64,000 nt of DNA. It comes from Candidatus Spongiisociaceae bacterium (GTDB lineage: Bacteria; Actinomycetota; Acidimicrobiia; Spongiisociales; Spongiisociaceae). The notes under the pieces were generated by a model. It ran no database searches. It saw only the letters and a program-made list of their open reading frames with translations, and had not been told where the DNA came from. Numbering within the stretch: position 1 is the first letter of the stretch; every line of letters starts with the position of its first letter. The stretch lies in the NCBI GenBank assembly GCA_965262915.1, contig OZ253564.1, positions 3,296,001 through 3,360,000 of the forward strand, in the 5' to 3' direction. The translations under genes were made by a program, and so were the position numbers. Positions 1 through 10,203 of this stretch are shown here, piece after piece.

Positions 1-265
1 ATCCCACCAGTCCGGGACCCCGGGTGGCGGCGATACCGTCCAGGTCATGGGGATGGACACCGGCTTCTCCCAGCGCTCGGTGGGTGAGCGAGCGGATGGC
101 CTCGACGTGGGCCCGGGCCGCCACCTCCGGCACGATGCCCCCGAAGCGGGCGTGTTCCTCCACCTGGGATGACAGTATGTTGGACAGGACCCGGCGGCCC
201 TCCACCACCGCGACCGCCGTCTCGTCGCAGGAGGTCTCGAATGCCAGGATGACCGGTCCGCTCAC
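1..265 (-). CDS. tsaD: tRNA threonylcarbamoyltransferase TsaD (5' part; runs off window)
   Basis: Manual translation [21 protein letters not shown]...[16 protein letters not shown]...GPGLVG; GTG start overlaps the rimI stop. Confidence 0.95.
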   Translation of the reverse strand, partial: MSGPVILAFETSCDETAVAVVEGRRVLSNILSSQVEEHARFGGIVPEVAARAHVEAIRSLTHRALGEAGVHPHDLDGIAATRGPGLVG

Positions 266-756
266 GGCAGAGCCTCCTCGATCCGATCGAGCCGGTCCCG
301 GTAGTCGGCCCCTCCGATGTCGTGAGCCCACATGATCAGAGCGTCGTCATCCTGGTAGTAGTGCTTGCGAACCCCGACAGGCGCCAGACCGAACTTGCGA
401 TAGAACTCCTGTGCCCGGCGGTTGGAAGCCCTCACCTCGAGTGTCACTTGTTCTGCACCGCTCTCCAATCCTCTCGCCACCAGAGACAGCATGAGGCGGG
501 TACCGACCGCGGGTACCGACACGGGACGCGCCGCTGCCAGGGTATTGATGTGCGCGTCCTCCCCCACCACCGTCAGCCCTCCGTAACCGACCACCCGCCC
601 GGCGTGCTCCGCCACCAGGTAGCACCGGCCCGGGGCTTCCATCTCGTCCAGGAACACCTGGCGGGACCACGGTATCGAGAAGGTCGCTTCCTCCACCTCC
701 ATCACCTGGTCCAGGTCCGCGGAACGCATCTCCCTCACCAGGGTCCCGGTTCTCAT
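262..756 (-). CDS. rimI: Ribosomal protein S18 alanine N-acetyltransferase
   Basis: GNAT motifs [19 protein letters not shown]; lies between tsaB and tsaD; ATGA overlap with tsaB. Confidence 0.92.
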   Translation of the reverse strand: MRTGTLVREMRSADLDQVMEVEEATFSIPWSRQVFLDEMEAPGRCYLVAEHAGRVVGYGGLTVVGEDAHINTLAAARPVSVPAVGTRLMLSLVARGLESGAEQVTLEVRASNRRAQEFYRKFGLAPVGVRKHYYQDDDALIMWAHDIGGADYRDRLDRIEEALP

Positions 757-1457
757 CGCCACAAGCCGCCCTCGCGGCGATGCACCGAACCGAGCATGAC
801 ATCGGGCTCCCGCATGTACCGGGGCCTCACATCGTCGGGATGGCCGAACTCACTCCGCCCGGCCCTGGCCGCAACCAGATCGGTGAGCGCGGCGGCCGAG
901 GGGTAGCGCGGCCTTCCCGTCTTCACGCGGCGTAGGCCTCTGAGAACGGAGGCCGGGAGCACCTTCCAGTCACCCACCACCAGCACATCCCGGCCATCGG
1001 ATTCCAGGATCCCCCGGAAGTGTTCGTACCCGACCAGTTCCGGTTGGGAATCCATCACCGCTCCTCCGGGTACGGGCTGGTAGCCGGCTACCGCGACCTC
1101 CTTGCGGCGAACATCGACCACCGACCAGATATGCCGGTGACCGGTGGCAGCCCGAATGGCCAGCGCGTCGAGGGAGGACGCCGCCATGATGGGGACACCC
1201 AGCATGGCGGCCAGTCCCTGGGCGGTGGCTATACCCACCCGGATACCGGTGAACAGCCCCGGACCGGTGTCCACCACCACGACATCGATGTGACCGGGCC
1301 TCCAGCCGGCCTGGTCGAAGCAGAAGTCGATTGCCGGCACCAGGAAGTTGTCGTGGCCGGTGCTCCCGCCGCGACTTGCCGAAGCCACCAACACCCGGTC
1401 CTCGACGAGAGCCACCGATGATGAACCGGCGGCGGTCTCGATACCGAGGATCCTCAC
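753..1457 (-). CDS. tsaB: tRNA threonylcarbamoyladenosine biosynthesis protein TsaB
   Basis: ILGIETA, GPGLFTGIRVG, SSLDALA, DVRRKEV; start set at the GTG overlapping the tsaE stop. Confidence 0.93.
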   Translation of the reverse strand: MRILGIETAAGSSSVALVEDRVLVASASRGGSTGHDNFLVPAIDFCFDQAGWRPGHIDVVVVDTGPGLFTGIRVGIATAQGLAAMLGVPIMAASSLDALAIRAATGHRHIWSVVDVRRKEVAVAGYQPVPGGAVMDSQPELVGYEHFRGILESDGRDVLVVGDWKVLPASVLRGLRRVKTGRPRYPSAAALTDLVAARAGRSEFGHPDDVRPRYMREPDVMLGSVHRREGGLWR

Positions 1458-1933
1458 GACGCCCTCCCCATCGAGGCGACCTCCACCAATCCCTCCAGCG
1501 GTCGATCCAACCAGGAACCGCGGGGGGTGAAGCGGATGGTGCGGGCTCCGTCGCCGGTCCCCATGAGCTCGACGGTCAGGTAGGTGTCGGGGAGCAACCC
1601 GGCCACGGCATCGCCCCACTCGATCATCAGCAGCCCGCCACGTGCCAGGTCCACAAGATCGAGGTCCTCGAACTCACCGGACGATCCGAGCCGGTACACG
1701 TCGGCGTGGACCAGCGGCATGAAGCCGTCCCGGTAGGTCCGCACCAGCACGAAACTCGGGGAGGGGGGTGATTCGGCGACCCCGAGACCCTCGGCGATTC
1801 CGGCCGCCAGCACCGTCTTGCCGGCGCCGAGCGGTCCCGTCAGCAAGATGATGTCCCCCCGATGCACCAGTGCCGCCAGCGCTCGGCCCAGGCGTCTCGT
1901 GTCGGCGGCCGTGGCCGCTTCCACGACGATCAT
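1454..1933 (-). CDS. tsaE: TsaE ATPase
   Basis: GPLGAGKT Walker A, SPSF, HADVYRL, IEWG. Confidence 0.95.
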   Translation of the reverse strand: MIVVEAATAADTRRLGRALAALVHRGDIILLTGPLGAGKTVLAAGIAEGLGVAESPPSPSFVLVRTYRDGFMPLVHADVYRLGSSGEFEDLDLVDLARGGLLMIEWGDAVAGLLPDTYLTVELMGTGDGARTIRFTPRGSWLDRPLEGLVEVASMGRAS

Positions 1934-2589
1934 CCAAACAAGCCGAGTTGCTCGTGCTGTTCGGGCTCCGGCTCGCTGGCATCCTCGGCCCCCGCGCCCG
2001 TGCCGTCGTCACCGGCCAACCGGCTGTGAACGGTACGGACCGCTAGTTCCAGATCCCCCCTGATGGTTTCCGCCATCGCAGGCCCGCTCCGCAGAGCCGC
2101 GGCGGGATGGAAGGTCGGTATCACCACCCGCCCCCACCAGGGATAAACGATCCCCCGGGTCTTGGTGATCCCCGTGGCGGTCTTCAGCAGCAACTTGGTC
2201 GAGAAGTTGCCCATGGTCATCACCACAACGGGATCCACCAGCCGGATCTGCGACACCAGGAAGTGCTTGCAGGCCTCTATCTCATCCGGGCGGGGGTCGC
2301 GGTTTCCGGGGGGCCGGCACTTGACCACGTTGGCGATGTAGACATCCCGCCTGTCCAGGCCCACGTCGCCCAGCAGCCGGTTGAGCAGCATGCCCGCCTT
2401 GCCCACGAAGGGCAACCCCTCGCGGTCCTCGTTGAAGCCCGGTCCCTCCCCGATGAACATGATGTCGGCGTCCGGGGACCCGTCGGCGAACACCGCCTGG
2501 GTCCGACCCCGGCTCAAACGGCAGTCTGTACAGACCGCGGCACGCCCCGCCAACTCGGCCAACTGCGTTCGGACCTCTGACTCGGTCAT
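1930..2589 (-). CDS. Uracil-DNA glycosylase family 4 (Fe-S)
   Basis: CxxCxL, GEGPG, PFVGKAG, NVVKCRPPGNR, TFHPAA. Confidence 0.93.
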   Translation of the reverse strand: MTESEVRTQLAELAGRAAVCTDCRLSRGRTQAVFADGSPDADIMFIGEGPGFNEDREGLPFVGKAGMLLNRLLGDVGLDRRDVYIANVVKCRPPGNRDPRPDEIEACKHFLVSQIRLVDPVVVMTMGNFSTKLLLKTATGITKTRGIVYPWWGRVVIPTFHPAAALRSGPAMAETIRGDLELAVRTVHSRLAGDDGTGAGAEDASEPEPEQHEQLGLFG

Positions 2590-2630
2590 GTCACTTCCCT
2601 GCTCGATCGGAAGCTCCAGGCTGTACGGCT

Positions 2631-2840
2631 AGTGGTCTAGCTGCAAAACAACTTAGCGTGCTCTACTTGCCATCGACGCCCCTCGCTGCGTTCCGCCTCC
2701 TCGACGTACGCTGCCGGTACGCCCTCGTCGGCGGGCCTTGCGAGGAACGCCGCTGCCGGCGCATACCACGCCGCTATTTCACATACAGACCACTGTGGTC
2801 TAGCTGCAAAACAACTTGGCCATTTCACAGACAGACTCCT
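2631..2840. mobile_element. Tandem long (2631-2794) and short (2794-2840) copies of a palindromic MITE-like element
   Basis: Ends agtggtct/agaccact; 23-bp direct repeat gtggtctagctgcaaaacaactt at 2632-2654 and 2795-2817; shared atttcaca(t/g)acagac; internal stems in the long copy. Confidence 0.7.
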
Positions 2841-3706
2841 GTCACGGCCTTCTCGATCGCCCGTCCGGTCGCAACGAAGGCGGCTTCACCCAAGGCATCC
2901 GGATCTCGCTCCGCCTGCCCGCACGACACCGCAAACGCCGCATCGCCATCATATCGGGTATGTGCAGGTCGGATGCACGCCGCCACGGCGTCCTGCGCCC
3001 TGATGCACAACCTGAGGAGGTCCACCCTGGTCAGGCGGGCTTCGGTGGCGACCGCCACCAGCGTGGTGTTGGCATGGGGTGTGATCGCGGATACCGGAGG
3101 GCCGGGGACGGGATCGCCACCGGTAAGGGGCGTCCCCTCGAGCGCGAACACGTCGCCCACCGCGTTCACCACTGCCAGGACGCCCACCCGAACCCCGTCG
3201 ACCTCGACCGCCGCCGAACCTAACCCCGAGGGCTGCACCGCTCCGGGTCCCCGCCACTGCGATATGGTGGCCCCCCTCCCCACCCCGACCCGGCCGAGTT
3301 GAACCGGGCGGGACGAGCGGTCCCGGTAAGCCCGGGCTCCCTCGGACGCTCCCGGCCTGAGTCCGGACGGTCGGTCGAGGTCGTAGACCACCGCGGCGGG
3401 AACTATCGGAACGGGGCCGTTACGGGTCGGATGCCCCCGACCGTCCGCCGCCAACTCCTGGACCACCCCGTCGGCCGAGGCCAGCCCGAAGGCCGATCCC
3501 CCGGAGAAGACAAGCGCCTGGATCTGCTGCACCCTCATCTCCGGACCGAGCAGGGCGGTCTCCCGGCTACCGGGCGCCGCGCCCCGCATCTCCGCGGCGG
3601 CCACATTGGGCTCCGGGAACACCAGTACCGAGACCCCGGTCCCGTGCTCGTCGGACGTCCAGTGCCCGACCTCCACACCTCGAACGGCTGTAATGGTGTC
3701 GTTCAT
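2825..3706 (-). CDS. P1 family peptidase (DmpA/S58-like)
   Basis: ITAVRGVEVGHWT, RGAAPGSRET, GGSAFGLASADGV, NTTL, HTRYDGDAAF. Confidence 0.88.
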   Translation of the reverse strand: MNDTITAVRGVEVGHWTSDEHGTGVSVLVFPEPNVAAAEMRGAAPGSRETALLGPEMRVQQIQALVFSGGSAFGLASADGVVQELAADGRGHPTRNGPVPIVPAAVVYDLDRPSGLRPGASEGARAYRDRSSRPVQLGRVGVGRGATISQWRGPGAVQPSGLGSAAVEVDGVRVGVLAVVNAVGDVFALEGTPLTGGDPVPGPPVSAITPHANTTLVAVATEARLTRVDLLRLCIRAQDAVAACIRPAHTRYDGDAAFAVSCGQAERDPDALGEAAFVATGRAIEKAVTGVCL

Positions 3707-3719
3707 GCTCCGGCGGCTC

Positions 3720-4862
3720 TCATCGGCGTTCCCGGTGGATGACGTAGCTCTCGTCGTTGAACCAGACCCCGCCGTAGCGCTCGATCACCGAGCGCGTGGC
3801 TTCGATGTAGGCGGCCGAGGAGACCGCGTCGGACATCCGTTCCTCGTCGATCTGCGCCACGTAGGCGGCCGCATTCCAAGCGGCCAGGATCGAGGAGGTC
3901 CCGATGTGCTCGTGCCCCTCCACGGGCATGGCATGCATCTCGTAGCGAAACAACGACTCCCCGTCGTCGAGGGGCTCCATCACCAGATCCCGATCCCGCC
4001 GCGCCGACAGCCGGCGGGAGGCCTCCTCCAGGAGCGTCCGGCGGTCGGTCCGGAAGGGGTTCTCATCGGGCCAGAGGTTACGGATGATCTCGATACCGGG
4101 ATCATCGCCGTAGGCGTGGATACCGAGCAGGCGCCCCCCGGGGGCCAACGCCCGGGCGAGAGGCCTGATGACCGTGCGGACCTTGTGCCGGGCCGTCGTG
4201 CGCGCCCGGTAGGGCTGGGAGGCGATGATCAGATCGTAGGACCCCTCGTAGGCGTGCTGCTCGGGCAATACGCGGCGGAGTATGAACTCCCGGTCCTTGC
4301 GGTATATGACATGGACAGCCGGCCTGACGTAGACGGGGTTACCGGTCCTCGGGCTGGTCGCCACCTCCCAGTCCTCGGTCGCCCTGTCCTGGATGTCCCT
4401 CATCTGGCGGGCGAAGTCGATCGTCGTGGACCCTTCTAGGGCCCACCGGCGCCATGACACATCGACCTTCCCGGGCCCGGGCCGGAGGTCGGGCGCTTCG
4501 TGATAGGTCATGTTGGTGACCACGAACACCATCTCCGGATGTTCGTGGAGGCGGTCGGGAAGCTTGTCGAGGGTCAGGCGCACATCCTCCAGGCTGATCT
4601 CCTTGCCCACCACCAACCAGGGAACGTGGGTGAAGAGAGCATGGAGGCTGCGCATCACGTCGGTGAGTACGGTGGCATCGCCCATACCTGCATCGAACAG
4701 GCGCAGGGCATCGGGACCCGGACTCACCAGGCTCGCCTCGCGGGCGATCCGGGCCGCCACCTCCGACTTCTCGGTGGTGGTGGTGACGAACATCATGTAG
4801 GCGGCCCGGCTGTCGAAGAAGCGGGGCCGCTCTCTCTGCTCCATCCGGACCGCCTTGGTCAT
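3720..4862 (-). CDS. Hypothetical protein, possible SAM-dependent methyltransferase fold
   Basis: 380-aa ORF; LFDAGMGDAT resembles motif I; YDLIIASQPY and LAPGGRLL resemble later MTase motifs. Confidence 0.6.
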   Translation of the reverse strand: MTKAVRMEQRERPRFFDSRAAYMMFVTTTTEKSEVAARIAREASLVSPGPDALRLFDAGMGDATVLTDVMRSLHALFTHVPWLVVGKEISLEDVRLTLDKLPDRLHEHPEMVFVVTNMTYHEAPDLRPGPGKVDVSWRRWALEGSTTIDFARQMRDIQDRATEDWEVATSPRTGNPVYVRPAVHVIYRKDREFILRRVLPEQHAYEGSYDLIIASQPYRARTTARHKVRTVIRPLARALAPGGRLLGIHAYGDDPGIEIIRNLWPDENPFRTDRRTLLEEASRRLSARRDRDLVMEPLDDGESLFRYEMHAMPVEGHEHIGTSSILAAWNAAAYVAQIDEERMSDAVSSAAYIEATRSVIERYGGVWFNDESYVIHRERR

Positions 4863-4897
4863 CTCGGGGGGACTCGGGTAACGGTACTCTCCCGTCG

Positions 4898-6064
4898 ATG
4901 GTGTTCGAACCGACGGTGGCCACCGACCCCCGCTTGTCTCGTCCTACCTTCGCCGAGATCGACCTCGACCGGCTCACGGCCAACTACCGGGCCGTCGAAG
5001 CGGCGGCAGGCGGGGCCGGGATGCTTCCCGTCCTGAAGGCCAACGCCTACGGGCACGGCCTCATCCCGGTGTCCCGGCATCTGGAAGCCCTGGGAGCGGT
5101 GGGCCTGGCCGTGGCCTTCCTCGAAGAGGGCTCTCTCCTCCGAGAGGCGGGTGTCAGGTGTCCGATCCTCATCATGGGTGGAATCGACGTGGACCAGATC
5201 CCGCACTTCCTCCGGTACGACCTCACGATCACCGCATCATCGGTCGAGAAGCTCCGGGAGGTCGACCGGGCCGCCGCCGCGATGGGCGTGACCGCTCGGG
5301 TACATCTCAAGGTCGATACCGGCATGGGACGCATAGGAATGAGGCCCGCCACCGCCCAGGCCATGTTCCGGTCCGGCCTGGAAGCCACCCATGTGGAAGT
5401 CGAGGGGATCTACAGCCACTTCGCCACCGCCGACCGGGCCGACTCCGCACAGACCCACCGGCAGTTGGAGAAGTTCCGCCGAGCGCTGTCGTTCTACCGC
5501 GACCGCGGACTCCCCCTGCCGAAGTTGCACCTCGCCAACTCGGGAGCGATCCTCCAGCATCCGGCCTCCCACCTCGACCTGGTCCGGCCCGGCATCCTGC
5601 TGTTCGGTATCTACCCCTCGGAGGAAGTTGCCCGCAGCATTGACGTAAGGCCTGTACTCGCATGGAAGTCCCGGGTCGTGTTCTTCAAGGTGCAGCCGTC
5701 GGGCTACCCGGTCGGCTATGGCGCCGCCTGGAAACCGGACGGAGACACCCGGATCGTGACCGTGCCGGTCGGCTACGGCGACGGCTACTTCCATGCCCTG
5801 TCCGAGCGGGGGCAGGTGATCATCGGGGAACGGCGCAGGCCCATCGTAGGAGGCGTCTGCATGGACCAGTTCATGGTCGACATCGGGCCCGACGGTGAAG
5901 CCTACAACGGCGACGAGGTGGTCCTCATCGGGTCGCAGGGGGACGCATCGATCAGTGCGACCGACCTGGCTCGGTGGGCGGGCACCATTCCATACGAAGT
6001 CCTCACCAACATCAACACCCGTGTCGACCGACGCTACACCGGTGGCGCCGGCACCACCTCGTAG
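4898..6064 (+). CDS. alr: Alanine racemase
   Basis: VLKANAYGHG PLP lysine, HLKVDTGMGRIG, VRPGI, GYGDGY, CMDQ, TIPYE. Confidence 0.96.
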   Translation: MVFEPTVATDPRLSRPTFAEIDLDRLTANYRAVEAAAGGAGMLPVLKANAYGHGLIPVSRHLEALGAVGLAVAFLEEGSLLREAGVRCPILIMGGIDVDQIPHFLRYDLTITASSVEKLREVDRAAAAMGVTARVHLKVDTGMGRIGMRPATAQAMFRSGLEATHVEVEGIYSHFATADRADSAQTHRQLEKFRRALSFYRDRGLPLPKLHLANSGAILQHPASHLDLVRPGILLFGIYPSEEVARSIDVRPVLAWKSRVVFFKVQPSGYPVGYGAAWKPDGDTRIVTVPVGYGDGYFHALSERGQVIIGERRRPIVGGVCMDQFMVDIGPDGEAYNGDEVVLIGSQGDASISATDLARWAGTIPYEVLTNINTRVDRRYTGGAGTTS

Positions 6065-6993
6065 CCGGGTTGCTCCGGATCGGAGTCGACGATCTCGGGG
6101 GGGAACCCCGGCGCCCGCAGTTGGACACCGCAGGCGTCCTCGACGAGGCGCACGATGCCCGACGACCAGGCGCGGGATCCGTATGCCTGCTCGCCCCGCC
6201 TGAAGATGTCCAGCACCAGCGGTGACAGCTCGAGGGGAGTCCCCCGCCGGTCGGCCAGTTGCTGGAATAGCGACATGTCCTTGACCACCAGGTCCATCGT
6301 GAAGTTGATGTTGTAGCTTCCGTTGAGGATCACCTGGGACTCGGTCTCGTGAACGAAGGAGTTACCGGAGCTGATCCGGATCGCCTCGTATGCCGTGGTG
6401 AGATCCATGCCGGCCTGCCGAGCGATCATCAACGCCTCGCCCAGCGCCACCAGATGGACCGAGGCCAGGTAGTTGGTCACCACTTTGAGGATCGATGCCG
6501 AGCCCAACCTGCCGACGTGGAGGATCCGCCGCCCCATGGTCGTGAGTACGGGAAGGGCTCGTTCGAAGTCCTCGCGCTCCCCGCCCACGAAGATCGAGAT
6601 GTTGCCGGTCGCTGCCCGGTGGCATCCCCCCGAGACCGGTCCGTCCAGCGGGCGGGCTCCGGCGGCCACCACCAGATCCCCCAGACGCCGTACCTCGGCC
6701 TCGTCGGTGGTGCTCATCTCCAGCCATATTTTCCCGGGTCCCAGGCCCGCCAGTATCCCGTCGTCACCCTCCATCGCAGACCGGACCGCGGCCGGCGACG
6801 GGAGGCAGGTAATGACAAGCTCGCTGTTCATCGCCAGCTCGCGATTCGTATCGGCCCACTCGGCACCCGCATCGAGCAGCGATCCGGCCGCGTCACGGTT
6901 GAGATCCCTGACCACCAACCGGTAACCACTACGCAGCAGGCTCCCCGCCAGTTTGCTACCGGCGTTTCCAAGCCCTACGAAACCCACCTTCAC
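6034..6993 (-). CDS. NAD(P)-dependent oxidoreductase, 3-hydroxyisobutyrate dehydrogenase family
   Basis: GFVGLGNAG, DGPVSGG, LKVVTN; GGGAGG SD before GTG 6993. Confidence 0.88.
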   Translation of the reverse strand: MKVGFVGLGNAGSKLAGSLLRSGYRLVVRDLNRDAAGSLLDAGAEWADTNRELAMNSELVITCLPSPAAVRSAMEGDDGILAGLGPGKIWLEMSTTDEAEVRRLGDLVVAAGARPLDGPVSGGCHRAATGNISIFVGGEREDFERALPVLTTMGRRILHVGRLGSASILKVVTNYLASVHLVALGEALMIARQAGMDLTTAYEAIRISSGNSFVHETESQVILNGSYNINFTMDLVVKDMSLFQQLADRRGTPLELSPLVLDIFRRGEQAYGSRAWSSGIVRLVEDACGVQLRAPGFPPEIVDSDPEQPGYEVVPAPPV

Positions 6994-7214
6994 GGAGTCG
7001 ACCTCCCGCTCGGACAATGCTGACACAGCCACGGACCCCGGCGGTCCGCCTCATACCGATAGGAAATCATACGGGCGGGCGTCGGGCCCCGGTGGATTGC
7101 TTCCACCTTCCTTGGACGGTACTGAGAAACCCCCTCCGTTGACCCGATGGTCGATGACAAAATGCCCGGTCAGCTGACGGGGGGCCAGCCGTTCTCACCG
7201 TTTCTGGCATTCTG

Positions 7215-7964
7215 CTAGATAGCCGTGTACCCCCCGTCGACCATGTAGGCAGCCCCGGTCGTGAAGGAGGATTCATCGCCTGCCAGGTGGAGGACCGCGC
7301 GAGCTATCTCCTCCGGTTCGCCCAGCCGAGCCATCAGGTGCATGCCTTCCAGCCTGGCCCTCCGCTCCTCGGTCAACGGACTTAGCAAAGGGGTGTTTAT
7401 CGCTCCGGGGCAGACCGCGTTGACCCGGATACCGGCGGACGCGTGATCGTAGGCCATACAGCGCACCAGCCCGACAACGCCGTGCTTGGAGGTGTTGTAG
7501 GCCACCTGGCCTTTCTCACCGGTGAAACCGGCTACCGAGGCGATGCACACGATCGATCCGCCACCGGTCCGCTCCATGTGGGGGACAGCGTGCCGTGAGG
7601 CGAGGAACACCGATTTGAGGTTCACGGCCATCACCCGGTCCCAGAATTCCTCGGTGACCTCCGTCACCGTCCCCTTGCCGGCAATCCCGGCGTTGTTGAC
7701 CAGAATGTCGAGCGTGCCGTACTGCTCCACAGCTGCCTCCACCATCCGTCGGCACTCTTCGTCGGACGTGACATCGACCTGTACCGACATCGCCTCCCCG
7801 CCCGCCTCGACGATCTCGTCTACCACCCTTGCCACCGGACCGGTTCTTACATCGGCCAGTACGAGCCTGGCCCCTTCGGCGGCGAACAGACAGGCTATGG
7901 CCGCTCCGATACCTTGGCCGGCCCCGGTGACGATCGCCACTTTCCCGTCCAACCTCAGCGCCAT
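7215..7964 (-). CDS. SDR family oxidoreductase
   Basis: TGAGQGIG, NNAG, YNTSK, VNAVCPG. Confidence 0.93.
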   Translation of the reverse strand: MALRLDGKVAIVTGAGQGIGAAIACLFAAEGARLVLADVRTGPVARVVDEIVEAGGEAMSVQVDVTSDEECRRMVEAAVEQYGTLDILVNNAGIAGKGTVTEVTEEFWDRVMAVNLKSVFLASRHAVPHMERTGGGSIVCIASVAGFTGEKGQVAYNTSKHGVVGLVRCMAYDHASAGIRVNAVCPGAINTPLLSPLTEERRARLEGMHLMARLGEPEEIARAVLHLAGDESSFTTGAAYMVDGGYTAI

Positions 7965-8033
7965 CTCGATCTCCCGCCTTCCGGTCGTTTGATCGGGGCC
8001 GCCCGCCGGTCAGATCCGCGCCAATCCCCTCCT

Positions 8034-8849
8034 TCACTCGGCCAGGAAATCGAGGATCACCTCAATCGACTTCTCGGGTTCCTCGATGTAATGGGTATGG
8101 CCGCTCGTCTCGAAGATCTCCAGCCGGCCGTTCGGAAGATGGTCGGCCACGTAGCGGGCTCCCGCACCGCCGGGCCCGCCATCGAGCGGTGTGAGGATGT
8201 CCTCGGCGCCCACCATTACCAATGCCGGCGCCCGGACCTCGGGGACTATTTCCCGCACGTCGGTATCGATCATCGCCTGGCACGCGTCGATGAACACGGA
8301 GAGTTCCGTATTGCGAGCCAGGACTTCCTTGATCGCCCACACCAAGTCTTCTCCCATCTCATCCAGGAAGGTTCTCGAGAAACCCTTGGTGAGGAGTTCT
8401 CGTGACAGCTCCTCGGATGCGACTCCGTACGCCGACGCCACATACTGCCAGATGCGGAACATATGCACGCTCATCGCGTCGCACTTGGCCACCGCTCCGG
8501 CGCCCATCAGCAGCTTGTCGACCTTCTCGGGGTAGCTGGCTGCGAAGTCGAGAGCTATGAAGCTACCCATGGACCCGCCGTGGATATGGGCCCTCTCGAC
8601 CTCCAAGGTCTCCATGAGAGCAGCCAGATCGGCGCTCCATACCTCCAGCGTGTAGCGCTGTTCGGGGCGGCTGCTGAGGCCGTAGCCCCGGTGGTCGTAG
8701 TCGAGGACCCGGTAGTGCTGCGAAACGCCCGGGGTAATGGTCGCGTATCCTTCATGGCCGCTGACCGCTCCCCCGATCTGCACCACCGTCTCGCCTTCAC
8801 CCGAGAACTCGTACCAGATGTCGACCCCGTTGACCTCTACCGTTGGCAT
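8034..8849 (-). CDS. Alpha/beta hydrolase
   Basis: DHRGYGLS, GGSMG nucleophile elbow, Asp (GAED) and His (SGH). Confidence 0.9.
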   Translation of the reverse strand: MPTVEVNGVDIWYEFSGEGETVVQIGGAVSGHEGYATITPGVSQHYRVLDYDHRGYGLSSRPEQRYTLEVWSADLAALMETLEVERAHIHGGSMGSFIALDFAASYPEKVDKLLMGAGAVAKCDAMSVHMFRIWQYVASAYGVASEELSRELLTKGFSRTFLDEMGEDLVWAIKEVLARNTELSVFIDACQAMIDTDVREIVPEVRAPALVMVGAEDILTPLDGGPGGAGARYVADHLPNGRLEIFETSGHTHYIEEPEKSIEVILDFLAE

Positions 8850-8916
8850 TGACGCCTCCTAAGCCTCACCATGGCTCTGATTCTACGGCGGCCGGCGTTA
8901 TCGTGCCGGACTTCGG

Positions 8917-9744
8917 TCAGCCGGGTTCGACCGGGTTGGTAAGCCTTCCGATTCCCTCGATCTCGAGCGTCACGACATCCCCGGGTGCCAGGTACTCGGG
9001 CGGAGTGCGGGCAAAGCCCACCCCGCTCGGTGTCCCGGTGGAGATCACGGCCCCGGTCCCGAGGGTGAGTGAGCTGGACAGGTGGGACACGAGCGCCGGA
9101 ACGTCGAAGATCAGATCCGAGGTCTCTCCGGACTGTTTCAGCACACCGTTGACCCAGAGCTTGACATCGAGATCGTCGGCGGCGCCCAACTCGTCGGTGG
9201 TGGTGATCCACGGGCCCATCGGCTTGAAGGTATCGAACGACTTGGCCCGACTCCACTGTCCCTCGCTCCTCTGTATGTCCCGGGCGGAGACATCGTTGAC
9301 GATCACGTAGCCCGCCACGTGGTCCAGGGCGTCCTCCACCGGCACATCACGGGCCTCCCGCCCGATCACGACACCGAGTTCGACCTCCCAGTCCGCCTCG
9401 TCGGTGAACGGAGGAATCAGGATGGGATCGCCCGGGTTGATGATCGAGGAGTTGAAGAAGGGAAAGCTGATCGGGGAGGTGGGAACCGCGGCGCCCGACT
9501 CGGCGGCGTGGGCCCGGTAGTTGAGACCGATGCCGACGAACTGAGGCGGGTCCGGGATGGGCGCCAGGAGTTGCACATTCCCGAGCGGCAGGCCGCCGGA
9601 GGACCGCCGGAACAATTCTTCCAGCGCGGCTCGGTCGCTCAGAACCTGCATCAGGCTCGGCCCTTCGGTGACAGGCCGAATCTCGTCACCGGCGACGAAC
9701 CCCCATCCGGCTGCTTCATCGATCCTGAAACGTGCTATTCGCAT
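8917..9744 (-). CDS. Fumarylacetoacetate hydrolase family protein
   Basis: GLNYRAH, DWEVEL, NDVSARD, KSFDTF, TGTPSGVG; start at ATG 9744 (the upstream extension in the ORF track is antisense shadow). Confidence 0.92.
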   Translation of the reverse strand: MRIARFRIDEAAGWGFVAGDEIRPVTEGPSLMQVLSDRAALEELFRRSSGGLPLGNVQLLAPIPDPPQFVGIGLNYRAHAAESGAAVPTSPISFPFFNSSIINPGDPILIPPFTDEADWEVELGVVIGREARDVPVEDALDHVAGYVIVNDVSARDIQRSEGQWSRAKSFDTFKPMGPWITTTDELGAADDLDVKLWVNGVLKQSGETSDLIFDVPALVSHLSSSLTLGTGAVISTGTPSGVGFARTPPEYLAPGDVVTLEIEGIGRLTNPVEPG

Positions 9745-9810
9745 GAAGTCACTTCCGCTTAGGCTGGCCGAGATTGTATATGCTCTCCTGCGGCAGGAAG
9801 GAGGCACTCC

Positions 9811-10203
9811 GTGGGGATCGAAGCAGTCGAAGTGAACGCCCTCAGCCCACCACCCGAGCCTTACTCCCACGCGATCCGGGCCGGCAACGTCCTGTATCTG
9901 GCCGGACAAGTGGCTTTCGACCGCAACGGCGAGATCGTGGGAGACACCGTGGAGGAGCAGGCCCGCCAAGTGTGGCGGAACATCGGGGACATTCTCGAGG
10001 CGGCCGGGAGTTCGATAGCCGACGTGGTGAAGGTGACCTACATCATGGGGGACATCCGGGAGATCACCGAGGAGTTCCCCGTTCGCGAGGAGGTGTTCGA
10101 GGGCAGGCCGTTCCCGGCTGTCACCGCCATGCAGGCCGCCGCCCTCGGCCTCCCCGGGCTGAAGATGGAGGTCGACGTGATCGCGGTGATGGGCGATGGC
10201 TGA
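9811..10203 (+). CDS. RidA/YjgF family protein
   Basis: PYSHAIRAGNVLYLAGQV, VVKVT, EVDVIA. Confidence 0.9.
   Translation: MGIEAVEVNALSPPPEPYSHAIRAGNVLYLAGQVAFDRNGEIVGDTVEEQARQVWRNIGDILEAAGSSIADVVKVTYIMGDIREITEEFPVREEVFEGRPFPAVTAMQAAALGLPGLKMEVDVIAVMGDG

Noticed and set aside
2632-2817. 23-bp direct repeat as a CRISPR array
   Set aside because: Only two copies, ~140 bp apart, no cas genes; explained by tandem MITE ends.
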